This document shows, one piece after another, positions 1-9,600 of a stretch of DNA of 19,183 nucleotides. The notes beneath the pieces were generated by a model that had not been told where the DNA came from, ran no database searches, and was given only the letters and a program-made list of their open reading frames with translations. Made by a program: the position numbers and the translations under genes. Position 1 is the first letter of the stretch. Each line of letters starts with the position of its first letter. This DNA comes from Vulcanimicrobiaceae bacterium (GTDB lineage: Bacteria > Vulcanimicrobiota > Vulcanimicrobiia > Vulcanimicrobiales > Vulcanimicrobiaceae): positions 1-19,183 of the forward strand of contig JBHEMM010000043.1 of assembly GCA_046262595.1 (NCBI GenBank). Direction: 5' to 3'.

Positions 1-1045
1 CACCGGCGCGACCAGCGAGGTGTTCGATCCGATGAACGCGTCGCGCCCGATCGCCGTTTTATTTTTGCGCATGCCGTCGAAGTTGCACGTAATGGTGCCG
101 GCGCCGACATTCGTATTCTCGCCGATCTGCGCATCGCCCAAATAGGTGAGGTGTCCGGCTTTGACTCCCGAGGCGAGCTGCGAGTTCTTCACTTCGACGA
201 AGTTGCCCACGTGAACGCCGTCCGCGAGCACCGTTTGGTTGCGCAGATGCGCAAACGGGCCCACGGTGATATCGTCGCCGAGCGTACTGTCCAGGATGAC
301 GCTCTCGCGGATCGTCGTGCGCGCGCCGATCTTTGCGGCAGATAGTCGCGCGTTGGGGCCGATGACGCTGCCTTCCCCGATCTCCGATAAGCGGCCGACG
401 GACGTGTTGGGATAAATGACGACGTCGCGCGCGATGGTCAGCTCCGGCTCTAAGTACGTCGTGTCGGGATCGACGATCGTCACGCCCTCGCGCATGTGCT
501 GCGCGCAGAGGCGCCGGTTGAGTTCTTTACGCGCCAGCGCCAGTTCGGCGCGATCGTTGATCCCCAGCACGACCGCGTGGTCGTCAACGGGAAGCGGAAC
601 AACGGGACGTCCGCTGCGCGCCAGATGCGCGATCGTGTCGGTCAAATAGTATTCGCGCTGCGCGTTCTCGTTGCGCAGGTGTGCCACGGCGTCCCGTAAA
701 GCGCTCGCATACGGCGCGGTAGACCGTTTCGTGCACCAGCGGCATGTCGCCGTAGGCGATCAGCACGCGGCCGCCCCGATCTTCGGAGAGCTCACGCAGC
801 GCAACCTGCACGGCGTGGCCCGTACCGAGCTGCTCGCTTTGGACGATGCCGCGCACGCCGAACGCACCGACGCGCGGCTGCAGCTCCTCGTTCGTCACGA
901 CCACGATGTCGTCCACCCCCGCATCGCGCAGCGCGCGAATGACGTACCACAGCATCGGCCGTCCGCACAGCTCGTGCAGCACTTTCGGCGTCGCGCTTTT
1001 CATGCGCGTGCCTTTGCCCGCCGCCAGAACGATCGCGCGTATCAT
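1..1045 (-). pseudogene. glmU: Bifunctional UDP-GlcNAc pyrophosphorylase/glucosamine-1-P acetyltransferase GlmU; 3' end runs off the window; as given, interrupted by an internal deletion and frameshift at ~710 (possibly an assembly artifact)
   Basis: The N-terminal frame (ATG 1045, TGATG overlap with the gltX stop) has LAAGKGTRMKS..PKVLH, QLGTGHAV and YGDMPL. From ~708 downward a different frame gives NAQREYYLTD, GINDRAEL, GVTIVDPDTTY, GPFAHLR, GNFVEVKN, HLTYLGDA, GAGTITCNFDG and FIGSNTSLVAPV. Confidence 0.9.
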
Positions 1046-2493
1046 CAATGCAAGGCCTCCCGCGCCAAACGCAAGCGGCGAAGCGTCTCGACTTTGCCTA
1101 AAATCTCCGCCGCGTCAAAAAGCGGAACCGACGTTGGGCTGCCCGTGACGGCGAGATAGTACAGCCGCGCGACATCTTTGAACTTGCGGCCGAGTTGCGC
1201 CGCCGCCTCTTTGAACCGCTCGCCGATCGCGCTTTGGTTCCAATCGCCGTCCATCGATGCCAACGCTTCCTCGGCAGCCTGCAGTGCCGCCTGCGCATCC
1301 GTGCTCTCGAGTTTCACTTGCGCGAAATCGCTCTTCGCGAGATGCGGCATCGCGGTGAGGAACTCGATCAGCGGCGCAAACGCGGCAAGCGTTTCGATGC
1401 GCGGCTGCGCCACGCGGACAATATGCGCGCGGCTATCCGCCGAGAGGTTTTCCGGCCAGCGGTAGCCGTACTCGTGCAAAATTGCCTCGAACTGTGCGGG
1501 CGTCTTGCTGCGAAGATGCTGACCGTTGAGCCAGTTCAGTTTCTCCATGTCGAACACCGGGCCGCCAAGCGAGATGTGATTCAATTCGAAGTGCTCCGTC
1601 ATTGCGGCCAAAAGCGTCTGCGTATTCTCGGCGTCTTCCACGAGTTTGTCGTCGTTGCGTCCGTCGATCAGCATGCCCAAAAAATGCAGCAGCGCCTCGG
1701 GCAGATACCCGCGTTCACGGTAGTACAGAATGCTGGTCGGATTTTTCCGTTTGCTGAGCTTGCTTTTATCGGGGTTGCGAAGCAGCGGCAGATGGCATAG
1801 CTGCGGGGCGTCCCAGCCAAAGTAGCGGTAGAGCAGCAGGTGCTTGGGAGCGGAACTGATCCATTCTTCACCGCGCACGACGTGCGTGATGCCCATGTCA
1901 TGATCGTCCACGACGTTTGCCAAGTGATAGGTGGGAAAACCGTCGGATTTCGTCAGCACCTGCATGTCCACGCTTTTCCACTCGATCTCGATGCGTCCGC
2001 GCAGCACGTCCTCAAAGACGCACACGCCCTCGTCCGGCACCTTCAGGCGCACCACAAACGCCACGCCGGCATCGATCCGCTGCGCGATCTGTTCCGGCGC
2101 GAGCGTCAGACACAGGCCGTCGTACCGCGGCGGCATCTTCGCCGCTCGCTGCGCGACGCGCATCTCTTCCAAACGATCGGCCGAGCAGAAGCAGCGGAAT
2201 GCATGCCTGCGTTCGAGCAGTTGCGCGACGTGCGCCGTGTAAATGTGCGACCGGTCGCTCTGATGCACCGGCTCGCCGTCCCATTGCAGCCCGAGCCATT
2301 GCAGCGAACGCAAAATCTGCATTTCCGACTCGCTCGTGCTGCGCGCGCGGTCGGTGTCCTCGATGCGCAGCACGAACTGGCCGCCGTTCTTGCGCGCCAA
2401 ACACAGATTAACGAGCGCGACGTACGCCGTACCGACATGCGGATCGCCGGTGGGGGAGGGAGCGACCCGCGTTTTTACCGGGTGCTTATCCAA
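1045..2493 (-). CDS. gltX: Glutamate--tRNA ligase
   Basis: RVAPSPTGDPHVGT (HIGH-like), LRIEDTD, CFC...YDGLC, PTYHLANVVDDH, HVVRGEEW, KLSKRK (KMSKS-like) and a C-terminal anticodon-binding domain. Start placed at TTG 2493, overlapping the upstream stop, instead of 2604. Confidence 0.95.
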   Translation of the reverse strand: MDKHPVKTRVAPSPTGDPHVGTAYVALVNLCLARKNGGQFVLRIEDTDRARSTSESEMQILRSLQWLGLQWDGEPVHQSDRSHIYTAHVAQLLERRHAFRCFCSADRLEEMRVAQRAAKMPPRYDGLCLTLAPEQIAQRIDAGVAFVVRLKVPDEGVCVFEDVLRGRIEIEWKSVDMQVLTKSDGFPTYHLANVVDDHDMGITHVVRGEEWISSAPKHLLLYRYFGWDAPQLCHLPLLRNPDKSKLSKRKNPTSILYYRERGYLPEALLHFLGMLIDGRNDDKLVEDAENTQTLLAAMTEHFELNHISLGGPVFDMEKLNWLNGQHLRSKTPAQFEAILHEYGYRWPENLSADSRAHIVRVAQPRIETLAAFAPLIEFLTAMPHLAKSDFAQVKLESTDAQAALQAAEEALASMDGDWNQSAIGERFKEAAAQLGRKFKDVARLYYLAVTGSPTSVPLFDAAEILGKVETLRRLRLAREALH

Positions 2494-2899
2494 CCAGTTC
2501 GCGGCGTTTGCCGCATTCGCGCTCGACGAATGAAATGATCTCGGAAAGCGGCGCACCCGGCGTGAAGATCGCCTGCACGCCCCGGCTCTTGAGTTCTTCA
2601 GCATCTTCGGGCGGAATGGTGCCGCCGCCGAAAAACACGATATCGGGCGCGCCCTGTTGTTTGAGTTGCTCGACGATCAGCGGAAAGAGCGTCATATGCG
2701 CGCCTGAAAGGATTGAAAGCCCGATGCCGTCGGCGTCTTCCTGGATCGCCGTCTGAACGATCTGCTCGGGCGTTTGAAACAAGCCGGTGTAGATTACTTC
2801 CATGCCCGCATCGCGCAGTGCGCGCGCGATGACTTTCGCGCCGCGGTCATGCCCGTCTAAACCGGCTTTCGCGACGATAATGCGCAGCGGTCTAGGCAT
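2486..2899 (-). CDS. icmB: Cobalamin-binding small subunit of acyl-CoA mutase (IcmB / MCM C-terminal-domain-like)
   Basis: Base-off/His-on motif GLDGHDRGAKV, MEVIYTGL, SILSGAH and GGGTIP. Start is ATG 2899 or 2905. Confidence 0.9.
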   Translation of the reverse strand: MPRPLRIIVAKAGLDGHDRGAKVIARALRDAGMEVIYTGLFQTPEQIVQTAIQEDADGIGLSILSGAHMTLFPLIVEQLKQQGAPDIVFFGGGTIPPEDAEELKSRGVQAIFTPGAPLSEIISFVERECGKRRELVG

Positions 2900-3014
2900 C
2901 GGCATCCGCGCGGCAACGGCCGCCGACGGGCCGCGTTTGCTCGAGCTCCCGCGCAAGGCGCAGCGCTTCCTCGAGCTTGGCCATCACTTCCTTGAGCGTC
3001 TCTTCCGTGGTCAT
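2892..3014 (-). CDS. Small hypothetical protein, 40 aa ([40 protein letters not shown])
   Basis: Its ATG overlaps the mutase large-subunit stop (TGATG at 3016-3012) and its TAG (2894-2892) overlaps the start of the small subunit, so it fills the gap exactly. Codons are mostly G/C-ending, and the residues form an amphipathic helical pattern. Confidence 0.6.
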   Translation of the reverse strand: MTTEETLKEVMAKLEEALRLARELEQTRPVGGRCRADADA

Positions 3015-4726
3015 CAAAACGCCGCTTTCTCGGTGTAGCGGCCGTAAACGGCGACCATCGCATCGACGATCTCGCCCTCCGTGGCATAAGCGTTCGCCGC
3101 ATCGATCAGATGCGGCATCAGGTTGTCCTGCGGATCGCTGCAGGCCGCTTTGAGCCGGTCCAGCGCCGCTTGCACGACCCGCGCATCCCGCTGTTCGCGC
3201 ACCGACTGCACCGAGCGTGCCTGCCCGCGTTCGATCTCTTCGGTGATGCGCAGCAGCTCCATGCCGCCATTCTGGTCGTTCTTCTCGAACGCGTTGACGC
3301 CGACCACGATCCGTTCTTTGGTTTCGAGCGAGCGTTGATAGCGATAGCTCGCATCGGCGATCTCGCGCTGGAAGAAGCCGGCTTCGATCGCCTCGATCAC
3401 GCCGCCGTATTCGTCGATTTGCCGGAAGTAGTCTTCCGCTTGTTTTTCCATCTCGCCCGTGAGCGCTTCGATAAAATAGGAGCCGCCGAGCGGATCGACG
3501 ACGTTGGTGACGTTTGTTTCATAGGCGAGCACTTGCTGCGTTCGCAGCGCGATTTCGACGGATTTCTCGCTCGGAAGAGCGAGCACTTCGTCCATGGAGT
3601 TCGTGTGCAGCGACTGCGTGCCGCCGAGCACCGCCGCCATCGCTTCGTATGCGACGCGAACGATGTTGTTCTCGGGCTGCTGCGCGGTGGCGCTGCATCC
3701 GGCGGTCTGCGTGTGAAAGCGCAGCTGCCACGACCGCGGGTCCTTCGCGCCGTACTTCTGGCGCATGTGCCGTGCGTAGATGCGCCGCGCCGCGCGATAT
3801 TTGCAGATCTCTTCGAAGAAATCGATATGCGCGTTGAAAAAGAACGACAGGCGGGGCGCAAAGGAATCAACATCCATTCCGGCGTTGATGCCGGCTTCGA
3901 CGTACGCGAAACCGTCGGCGAGCGTGAAGGCGAGTTCTTGCACGGCAGTGGAACCGGCCTCGCGAATGTGGTAGCCGCTGATCGAGATCGTGTTCCACTT
4001 GGGCATCTCGTCGCGGCAGAAACGCATCATGTCGGCGATGACGCGCATATGAGGACGCGGCGGAAAAATCCACTCTTTCTGCGCGATGTACTCTTTGAGG
4101 ATGTCGGCTTGAATGGTGCCGCCGAGCTTCGCCCGCGGGATGCCCTTTTTCTCGGCAGCAGCGATGTACTGTGCGAGCGCGACGCACGCCGGACCGTTGA
4201 TCGTCATCGAGGTCGTGATATCGCCCATGTCGATGCCGTCGAACAGCGTTTCCATGTCCGCAAGCGAATCGATGGCCACGCCGCATTTGCCCACTTCGCC
4301 GCGCGCCTGCTGCGCGTCGGAGTCATATCCCATCAGCGTGGGCATGTCGAACGCGACCGAAAGGCCGTGTTGGCCCTGCGAGAGCAGAAAGTGATAGCGT
4401 TCGTTTGTCTGCGCCGCATTGCCGAAGCCGGCGAACTGACGCATCGTCCAAAGGCGGTCGCGATACATGTTCGGATGGATGCCGCGCGTGTACGGATATT
4501 GCCCCGGATAAGCGAGATCGTGCGCCAGATCGATGTGCGCCGTGTCTTCGGGGCCGTACAGCGGTTTGAGCGGCACATCGGAAAGCGTGCGGTCCAACGC
4601 ACCCGAGCCCGGCCCCTTACGGCCTTTGCCCTTGCGGGAGGCCGCTTCCCAGTGCTGCTTTTGCTGAGCAAAGCCGGCGGCCGGCTGCGCGCCGGGCTCG
4701 CTCGGGCGCTCGATCATTTTTGCCAC
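3014..4726 (-). CDS. icmA: B12-dependent acyl-CoA mutase large (substrate-binding) subunit, isobutyryl-CoA mutase-like
   Basis: [77 protein letters not shown] and DPLGGSY. SD AAGGGAG lies 7 nt before GTG 4726. There is no fused B12 domain. Confidence 0.9.
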   Translation of the reverse strand: MAKMIERPSEPGAQPAAGFAQQKQHWEAASRKGKGRKGPGSGALDRTLSDVPLKPLYGPEDTAHIDLAHDLAYPGQYPYTRGIHPNMYRDRLWTMRQFAGFGNAAQTNERYHFLLSQGQHGLSVAFDMPTLMGYDSDAQQARGEVGKCGVAIDSLADMETLFDGIDMGDITTSMTINGPACVALAQYIAAAEKKGIPRAKLGGTIQADILKEYIAQKEWIFPPRPHMRVIADMMRFCRDEMPKWNTISISGYHIREAGSTAVQELAFTLADGFAYVEAGINAGMDVDSFAPRLSFFFNAHIDFFEEICKYRAARRIYARHMRQKYGAKDPRSWQLRFHTQTAGCSATAQQPENNIVRVAYEAMAAVLGGTQSLHTNSMDEVLALPSEKSVEIALRTQQVLAYETNVTNVVDPLGGSYFIEALTGEMEKQAEDYFRQIDEYGGVIEAIEAGFFQREIADASYRYQRSLETKERIVVGVNAFEKNDQNGGMELLRITEEIERGQARSVQSVREQRDARVVQAALDRLKAACSDPQDNLMPHLIDAANAYATEGEIVDAMVAVYGRYTEKAAF

Positions 4727-4758
4727 GATGGTGCTCCCTTCGACGCGGACCGCCGATT

Positions 4759-4787
4759 ATTTTCCCAATATCCGCTCGGGCAGGCAA
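4759..4787 (-). promoter_or_regulatory. Possible internal sigma70-type promoter for the mutase large subunit
   Basis: TTGCCT (4787-4782) - 17 bp - GAAAAT (4764-4759), with TG just upstream of the -10, in the 103-bp meaB-mutase gap. Confidence 0.3.
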
Positions 4788-4829
4788 GCCCTTTTGCCGC
4801 AGACCCTGGCAGTGGGACGGCGTGCTGCC

Positions 4830-5795
4830 TTAGGTCAACCCCTTGACGGAAGCGCGTACGTGCGGCGGGCGGATCGGCTCGTCGCTGATTTCCGGCTGCA
4901 CGCCGAAGTGCGCGAGCACGCGTTCTGCGGCGGCATACGGGTCGATCCCGGCAGCGATATCAGTTTGCAATTCGCGTTCGAGACGGCGGGAAAGATGGCC
5001 GAGCGCCAATTGCCGCACCTGATGACGGAACGCCTCGCGGCGCTTTTCATGCACCTCGCCGCTGCCGTGCAGATAGGCTGCATGCCGTTCGACGGCGGCC
5101 CACAGGTCGTCGATGCCCTCGCCGCTGGTCGCCTGCGTCATGACGAGTTCGGGCACCCATCCCGAGAAATCGAGCATCTCCATCATCGAGCGGATCTCGC
5201 GCTTGAGCTGGTTGGCCATCGGGTGGTCTTTTTTATTGACGACGAAGATGTCGGCGACTTCCATGATGCCGGCCTTGAGCACTTGGATCGAATCGCCGCT
5301 GCCCGGCTGCAGAGCCACCAGCGTGGTCTGTGCGAGCTCCGCGATCTCGATCTCGGATTGGCCGACGCCGACCGTTTCAATCAAAATGACGTCTAGGCCG
5401 AAGGCGTCCATCAACAGGACGGCATCCGCCGTCGCGCCGGCGAGTCCGCCCAGATGGCCGCGGCTTGCCATCGAACGGATGAACACATCTTTATCGGTGA
5501 AATGCTCGGTCAGGCGAATGCGGTCGCCCAGCAGCGCGCCGTGCGAGAACGGCGAGCTGGGATCGACCGAAATCACGCCGACGGTTTTGCCGAGCGATCG
5601 CGCTTTTTTCACCAGCGCAGAACCAAGCGTCGATTTACCGACGCCCGGCGGGCCCGTCAAGCCGATTGTCATCGCACGGCCGGTCTTGGCGAAAAGATGA
5701 CGGATCAGCTGCGCTCCGCGTCCCGACTCGGCATGCGAGATGGCGCGCGCGAGCGCACGCGGCGAACGGTCTTCGAATTGGCGGAGCAAGTCCAT
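4830..5795 (-). CDS. meaB: MeaB/ArgK-family GTPase chaperone for B12 mutases
   Basis: RALARAIS, P-loop GPPGVGKST, VDPSSPFSHGALLGDRIR, FIRSMASRG, ETVGVGQSE, KAGIME and NKKD. Start refined to ATG 5795. Confidence 0.93.
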   Translation of the reverse strand: MDLLRQFEDRSPRALARAISHAESGRGAQLIRHLFAKTGRAMTIGLTGPPGVGKSTLGSALVKKARSLGKTVGVISVDPSSPFSHGALLGDRIRLTEHFTDKDVFIRSMASRGHLGGLAGATADAVLLMDAFGLDVILIETVGVGQSEIEIAELAQTTLVALQPGSGDSIQVLKAGIMEVADIFVVNKKDHPMANQLKREIRSMMEMLDFSGWVPELVMTQATSGEGIDDLWAAVERHAAYLHGSGEVHEKRREAFRHQVRQLALGHLSRRLERELQTDIAAGIDPYAAAERVLAHFGVQPEISDEPIRPPHVRASVKGLT

Positions 5796-5865
5796 CGGCA
5801 AGGAAGTGCGCTTCGTGAACGCGCCGGTCCTGGCGTTGCTGCCGGCGGCAGCGGCCGCTTTTTCG

Positions 5866-6537
5866 TTAAGCGCCGAAGGTGCGGCGGCGCGTTGCGAGCT
5901 GCGCGAGTGCATTCGTGAAGTCATCGCCGGTGAAGTCGGGCCAGAGGACGGGCAGCGTCAGAATCTCGCTGTACGCCAATTGGAAGAGCAGAAAGTTCGA
6001 GAGACGCTGTTCGCCTCCGGTGCGGATCACGATGTCCGGGTCGCTTACGTCAGGCAGAAACAAATGCTTGCGAAACTCCGCCTCGTCGATGGCGCCGGGC
6101 AGCGTTCCGGCGCGCGCGAGCGACTGTGCGGCGCGGACGATCTCGTCGCGGCCGCCGTAGTTGATTGCAAGCACCAGCGTCATGCGCGTGTTGCAGGCGG
6201 TGACCCGCTCTAAACCGCGCAGCGCCGAGCGGGCCGCAAACGCCAGCCGTCCGAGCTCGCCGCAGATGCGCACGCGCACGCCCGCGCCCAACAGATCCAT
6301 GCGCCGGCGCTGCGGCACGATCGAGAAGAGTTGCATCAGCGCCGAAATCTCGCCGGGGTCGCGGGTCCAGTTTTCCTTTGAAAAGCCGAACACGGTGAGC
6401 GTGCGCACGCCGCCTGCAAGAGCGCTCCGCACGGCGGCGTACAGCGCCGTCTCGCCTGCCGCGTAGCCTTCGGCGGCGCTCAAACCGCGCTGGCGCGCCC
6501 ACCGCCGGTTGCCGTCCATCACGATTGCGACATGCAC
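5866..6537 (-). CDS. uppS: cis-prenyltransferase (polyprenyl/undecaprenyl diphosphate synthase family)
   Basis: HVAIVMDGNRRWA, FSKENWTR, NYGGRDEI, DPDIVIRTGGEQRLSNFL, WPDF and RRTFG. GTG start with an in-frame stop five codons upstream. Confidence 0.88.
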   Translation of the reverse strand: MHVAIVMDGNRRWARQRGLSAAEGYAAGETALYAAVRSALAGGVRTLTVFGFSKENWTRDPGEISALMQLFSIVPQRRRMDLLGAGVRVRICGELGRLAFAARSALRGLERVTACNTRMTLVLAINYGGRDEIVRAAQSLARAGTLPGAIDEAEFRKHLFLPDVSDPDIVIRTGGEQRLSNFLLFQLAYSEILTLPVLWPDFTGDDFTNALAQLATRRRTFGA

Positions 6538-6541
6538 ATTT

Positions 6542-6558
6542 ACTTTGTATCACAAAGT
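6542..6558. promoter_or_regulatory. Palindromic operator candidate between divergent uppS and tricorn genes
   Basis: ACTTTGT-ATC-ACAAAGT: a perfect 7-bp inverted repeat, AT-rich in a GC-rich background. Confidence 0.5.
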
Positions 6559-6615
6559 TAATGCGAGGGCAAGCGCGGCGGGACGCGTCCGCCGTGCTGC
6601 CAAACGTCGCCGCCT

Positions 6616-9600
6616 ATGGATCAGGGTTATTACCGCTTTCCGGCGCTGGCGGGTGATCGCGTCGTGTTTGTTTGCGAGGACGACCTGTGGTCGGCATCGC
6701 TCGCCGGGGGCGCCGCTGCGCGGCTCACATCGACCGCGGGCGCCTGCGCGCTGCCGCGGCTCTCGCCGGACGGGACGACGATTGCCTTCATCGCGAACGA
6801 CGAAGGCCATCCGGAAGTGTACGTCATGCCGGCGGCGGGCGGCCGTCCCCGGCGCGTGACATATCTGGCCGGAACGCTCGCTTCAATAAGCGCGTGGAGC
6901 GGAGACGGTTCGGAGATTTTTTTCACGAGCAATCCGGGCGCGTGGTACGCACGGGAAACGCGCGGTTTTGCGGTCACACCCGACGGCGGCACGCCGCGCG
7001 AGCTGCAGCTCGGGCACATGAAGTCCATCTTCCCCGGGCCCGAAGGCCGGTTCGTCATCGGCCGCAACGAAAGCGACCCGGCGCGCTGGAAGCGGTACCG
7101 CGGCGGAACGTCGGGGGAAATATGGATCGATGCCCAGACGGCCGGCGAATTTGAGAAGCTGCCGCTGCCGGACGGCAATCCGGTCTGGCCCATGTGGATC
7201 GGCGAACGCATCTATTTCCTGGCCGACCATGAAGGCATCGGCAACCTTTATTCATGCACGCTAAGCGGCTCGGACATTCGCCGCCACACGCACCACAACG
7301 ATTATTACGCGCGCTTCCCTTCCACCGACGGCAAGCGGATCGTTTACAGCGCGGGCGGTGCGCTGTACTGCTTCGACGTCGCAGCGAATGCGGTGCGTGA
7401 AATCGCCGTTACGGCCGCCTCGCCCGCCCCGCAAACGGTGCGCCGCTTTCTGGCGGGTTCCGAAGAGCTCGCCGAGTTCGCGCCCTCACCCGACGGCACG
7501 CGGCTCGCGCTCGTCTCGCGCGGTCAGCCTGCCACGATGCCGCTGTGGGAAGAGGCGCCGCTGCATTATGGCACCGGAAGCAGCGAGCGTTTTCGCAACA
7601 TCGCTTGGATGCACGACGGCGAGCGTTTCGCGGCAACGACCGACCGCAACGGTTACGAGCAGATCGTCGTGCTCGCCGCTTCATCGCCCGAATCGATGCG
7701 CGTGCTCACGAGCACCGATATCGGGCGCGTGACCGAACTCGCGTGCTCGCCCGCCAACGACCGCATTGCGTTTGCGAATCACCGTTACGAATTGGTGCTG
7801 CTCGAACCGGGCGGCGCGCCGCGCGTGCTCGACAAAAGTGTGGGAAGCCGCATCAGCGATCTGGCATTCTCGCCCGACGGGCGCTGGCTCGCCTACGTCT
7901 GGTGGCCGGGCGGAGACAACTCCGCGATCGTGCGCGTGGTGAAATGTAAATCGGGCGCGATTCTGGATGTCACGCCGCAGTTGCGCGTCGACAGCAATCC
8001 GTCGTGGGATCCGCAAGGCAACTACCTGTACTTTATTTCAACGCGCGACTTCGACCCGGTGTACGACGCGCTGCAGTTCAATTTAAGTTTTCCGCAAGCG
8101 CAGCGTCCGTTCTTAGTGACCCTGCGCAAAGACGTGCCGAATCCGTTCACGCCCAAGCGTAAACCCGTTCACCGCGAACACGAGCACGATCACGATCGGG
8201 AAGATGCCGCGCAGGAGAAGAAACGCGCCGGCAAGCCGCCGCGCATCGAGATCGACGCCGACGGAATCACCGGCCGCATTCTGGGTTTTCCCGTGGACGA
8301 AGGCGATTACGGCGATATCGCCGCGGTGCGCAACCGCGTGTATTTTACGAAGTTCGAAGTGCGCGGCATCAAGCCGGGCGATCGCGCGTGGGACGTCGAG
8401 GAGCCCGGCGGTACGCTGATGGCATACGACTTTGAACAGCAGCGCAGTGCTGCGATCGCTTCGGATGTGACGGCGATCGCACTGGGCAACGACCGGCACA
8501 CGCTCGTGTACCGCTCGCAGAACCGTCTGCGCGTGATCGACGCGCTGGCGGATCTGCCGGAGGATCAAGACGACACGAAACCGCCCACCGAGCCCGGCAG
8601 AAAGAGCGGCTGGATCGACGTCGATCGCATCAGCGTTGAGGTGGATCCGCCGGCCGAATGGGCGCAGATGTACCGTGAGGCTTGGCGTATGCAGACCGAG
8701 CAATTCTGGGTCGAAGACATGTCCGACATCGACTGGGATCGCGTCAAAGATCGCTATGAAGCGCTTTTGCCGCGCGTGCGCACCCGCAGCGAGCTCTCCG
8801 ACGTGATCTGGGAGATGCACGGCGAGCTGGGCACCTCGCACGCGTACGAGATCGGAGGCGACCTGCGGCGGCCGCCCGAATATGCGACCGGCTTTTTGGG
8901 CGCGGACCTTTCCTACGATTCGGGCGCGGACGGATGGCGCGTGGATCGCATCTACCGCGGTGATTCGTGGAACCGCGAGGTGGACTCGCCGCTCGCCGAA
9001 CCCGGCCTGGCGATCGAGGAAGGCAGCATCGTTCTTGCGATCGCCGGCAAACGGTTGAGCGCGGCGTTCTCGCCGCAACAGGCGCTCGTGAACATGGCCG
9101 GCCGCGAGGTCTCGCTGACGCTTCGCGAGGGCGCCGGCGCGCGCACCGTCACGGTCCGCGTGCTCGAGAGCGAACAGCCGCTGCGGTACCGCGCGTGGGT
9201 CGATAAAAACCGCGCGTACGTGCATGCAAAAACCGGCGGAAAAATCGGCTACGTGCACGTGCCGGACATGGGCCCGTGGGGATTCTCCGAGTTTCACCGC
9301 GGCTATCTCTCCGAATTCGATCGCGCGGGCTTGCTCGTCGACGTGCGCTATAACCGCGGGGGTCACGTCTCGCCGCTGCTGCTGGAAAAGCTCGTACGCA
9401 AACGCGTGGGCTACGACGTTTCGCGCTACAGCAACAAACCGGTTCCGTATCCGCCGGAATCGGTGGCCGGACCGATCGTCGCGATTACCAATCAGTTTGC
9501 GGGCAGCGACGGCGACATCTTCAGCCACTGTTTCAAACTGTACAAGCTCGGGCCGCTGGTCGGAAAGCGCACGTGGGGCGGAGTTATCGGCATCAACCCG

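Noticed and set aside
584..710. C-terminal tail of the 154-aa ORF (CERFTGRRG...) as a real protein end
   Set aside because: It is out-of-frame read-through after the glmU lesion; the GlmU homology lies in another frame.
4727..4829. Cobalamin riboswitch upstream of the B12 mutase (CCCACTG-like word)
   Set aside because: The gap is short, and the B12 box and the other conserved elements are not present in the right order.
3110..4846. 578-aa plus-strand ORF, and similar long antisense ORFs such as 8113-9939, 12088-12285, 14569-15216 and 17212-18165
   Set aside because: These are shadow frames opposite well-supported genes, expected from GC-rich codon bias, and they show no recognisable motifs.
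8170..8205. His-rich stretch HREHEHDHDRED in tricorn as a metal-binding site
   Set aside because: It lies in the low-complexity charged linker that is typically variable in tricorn homologs, and nothing else supports it.
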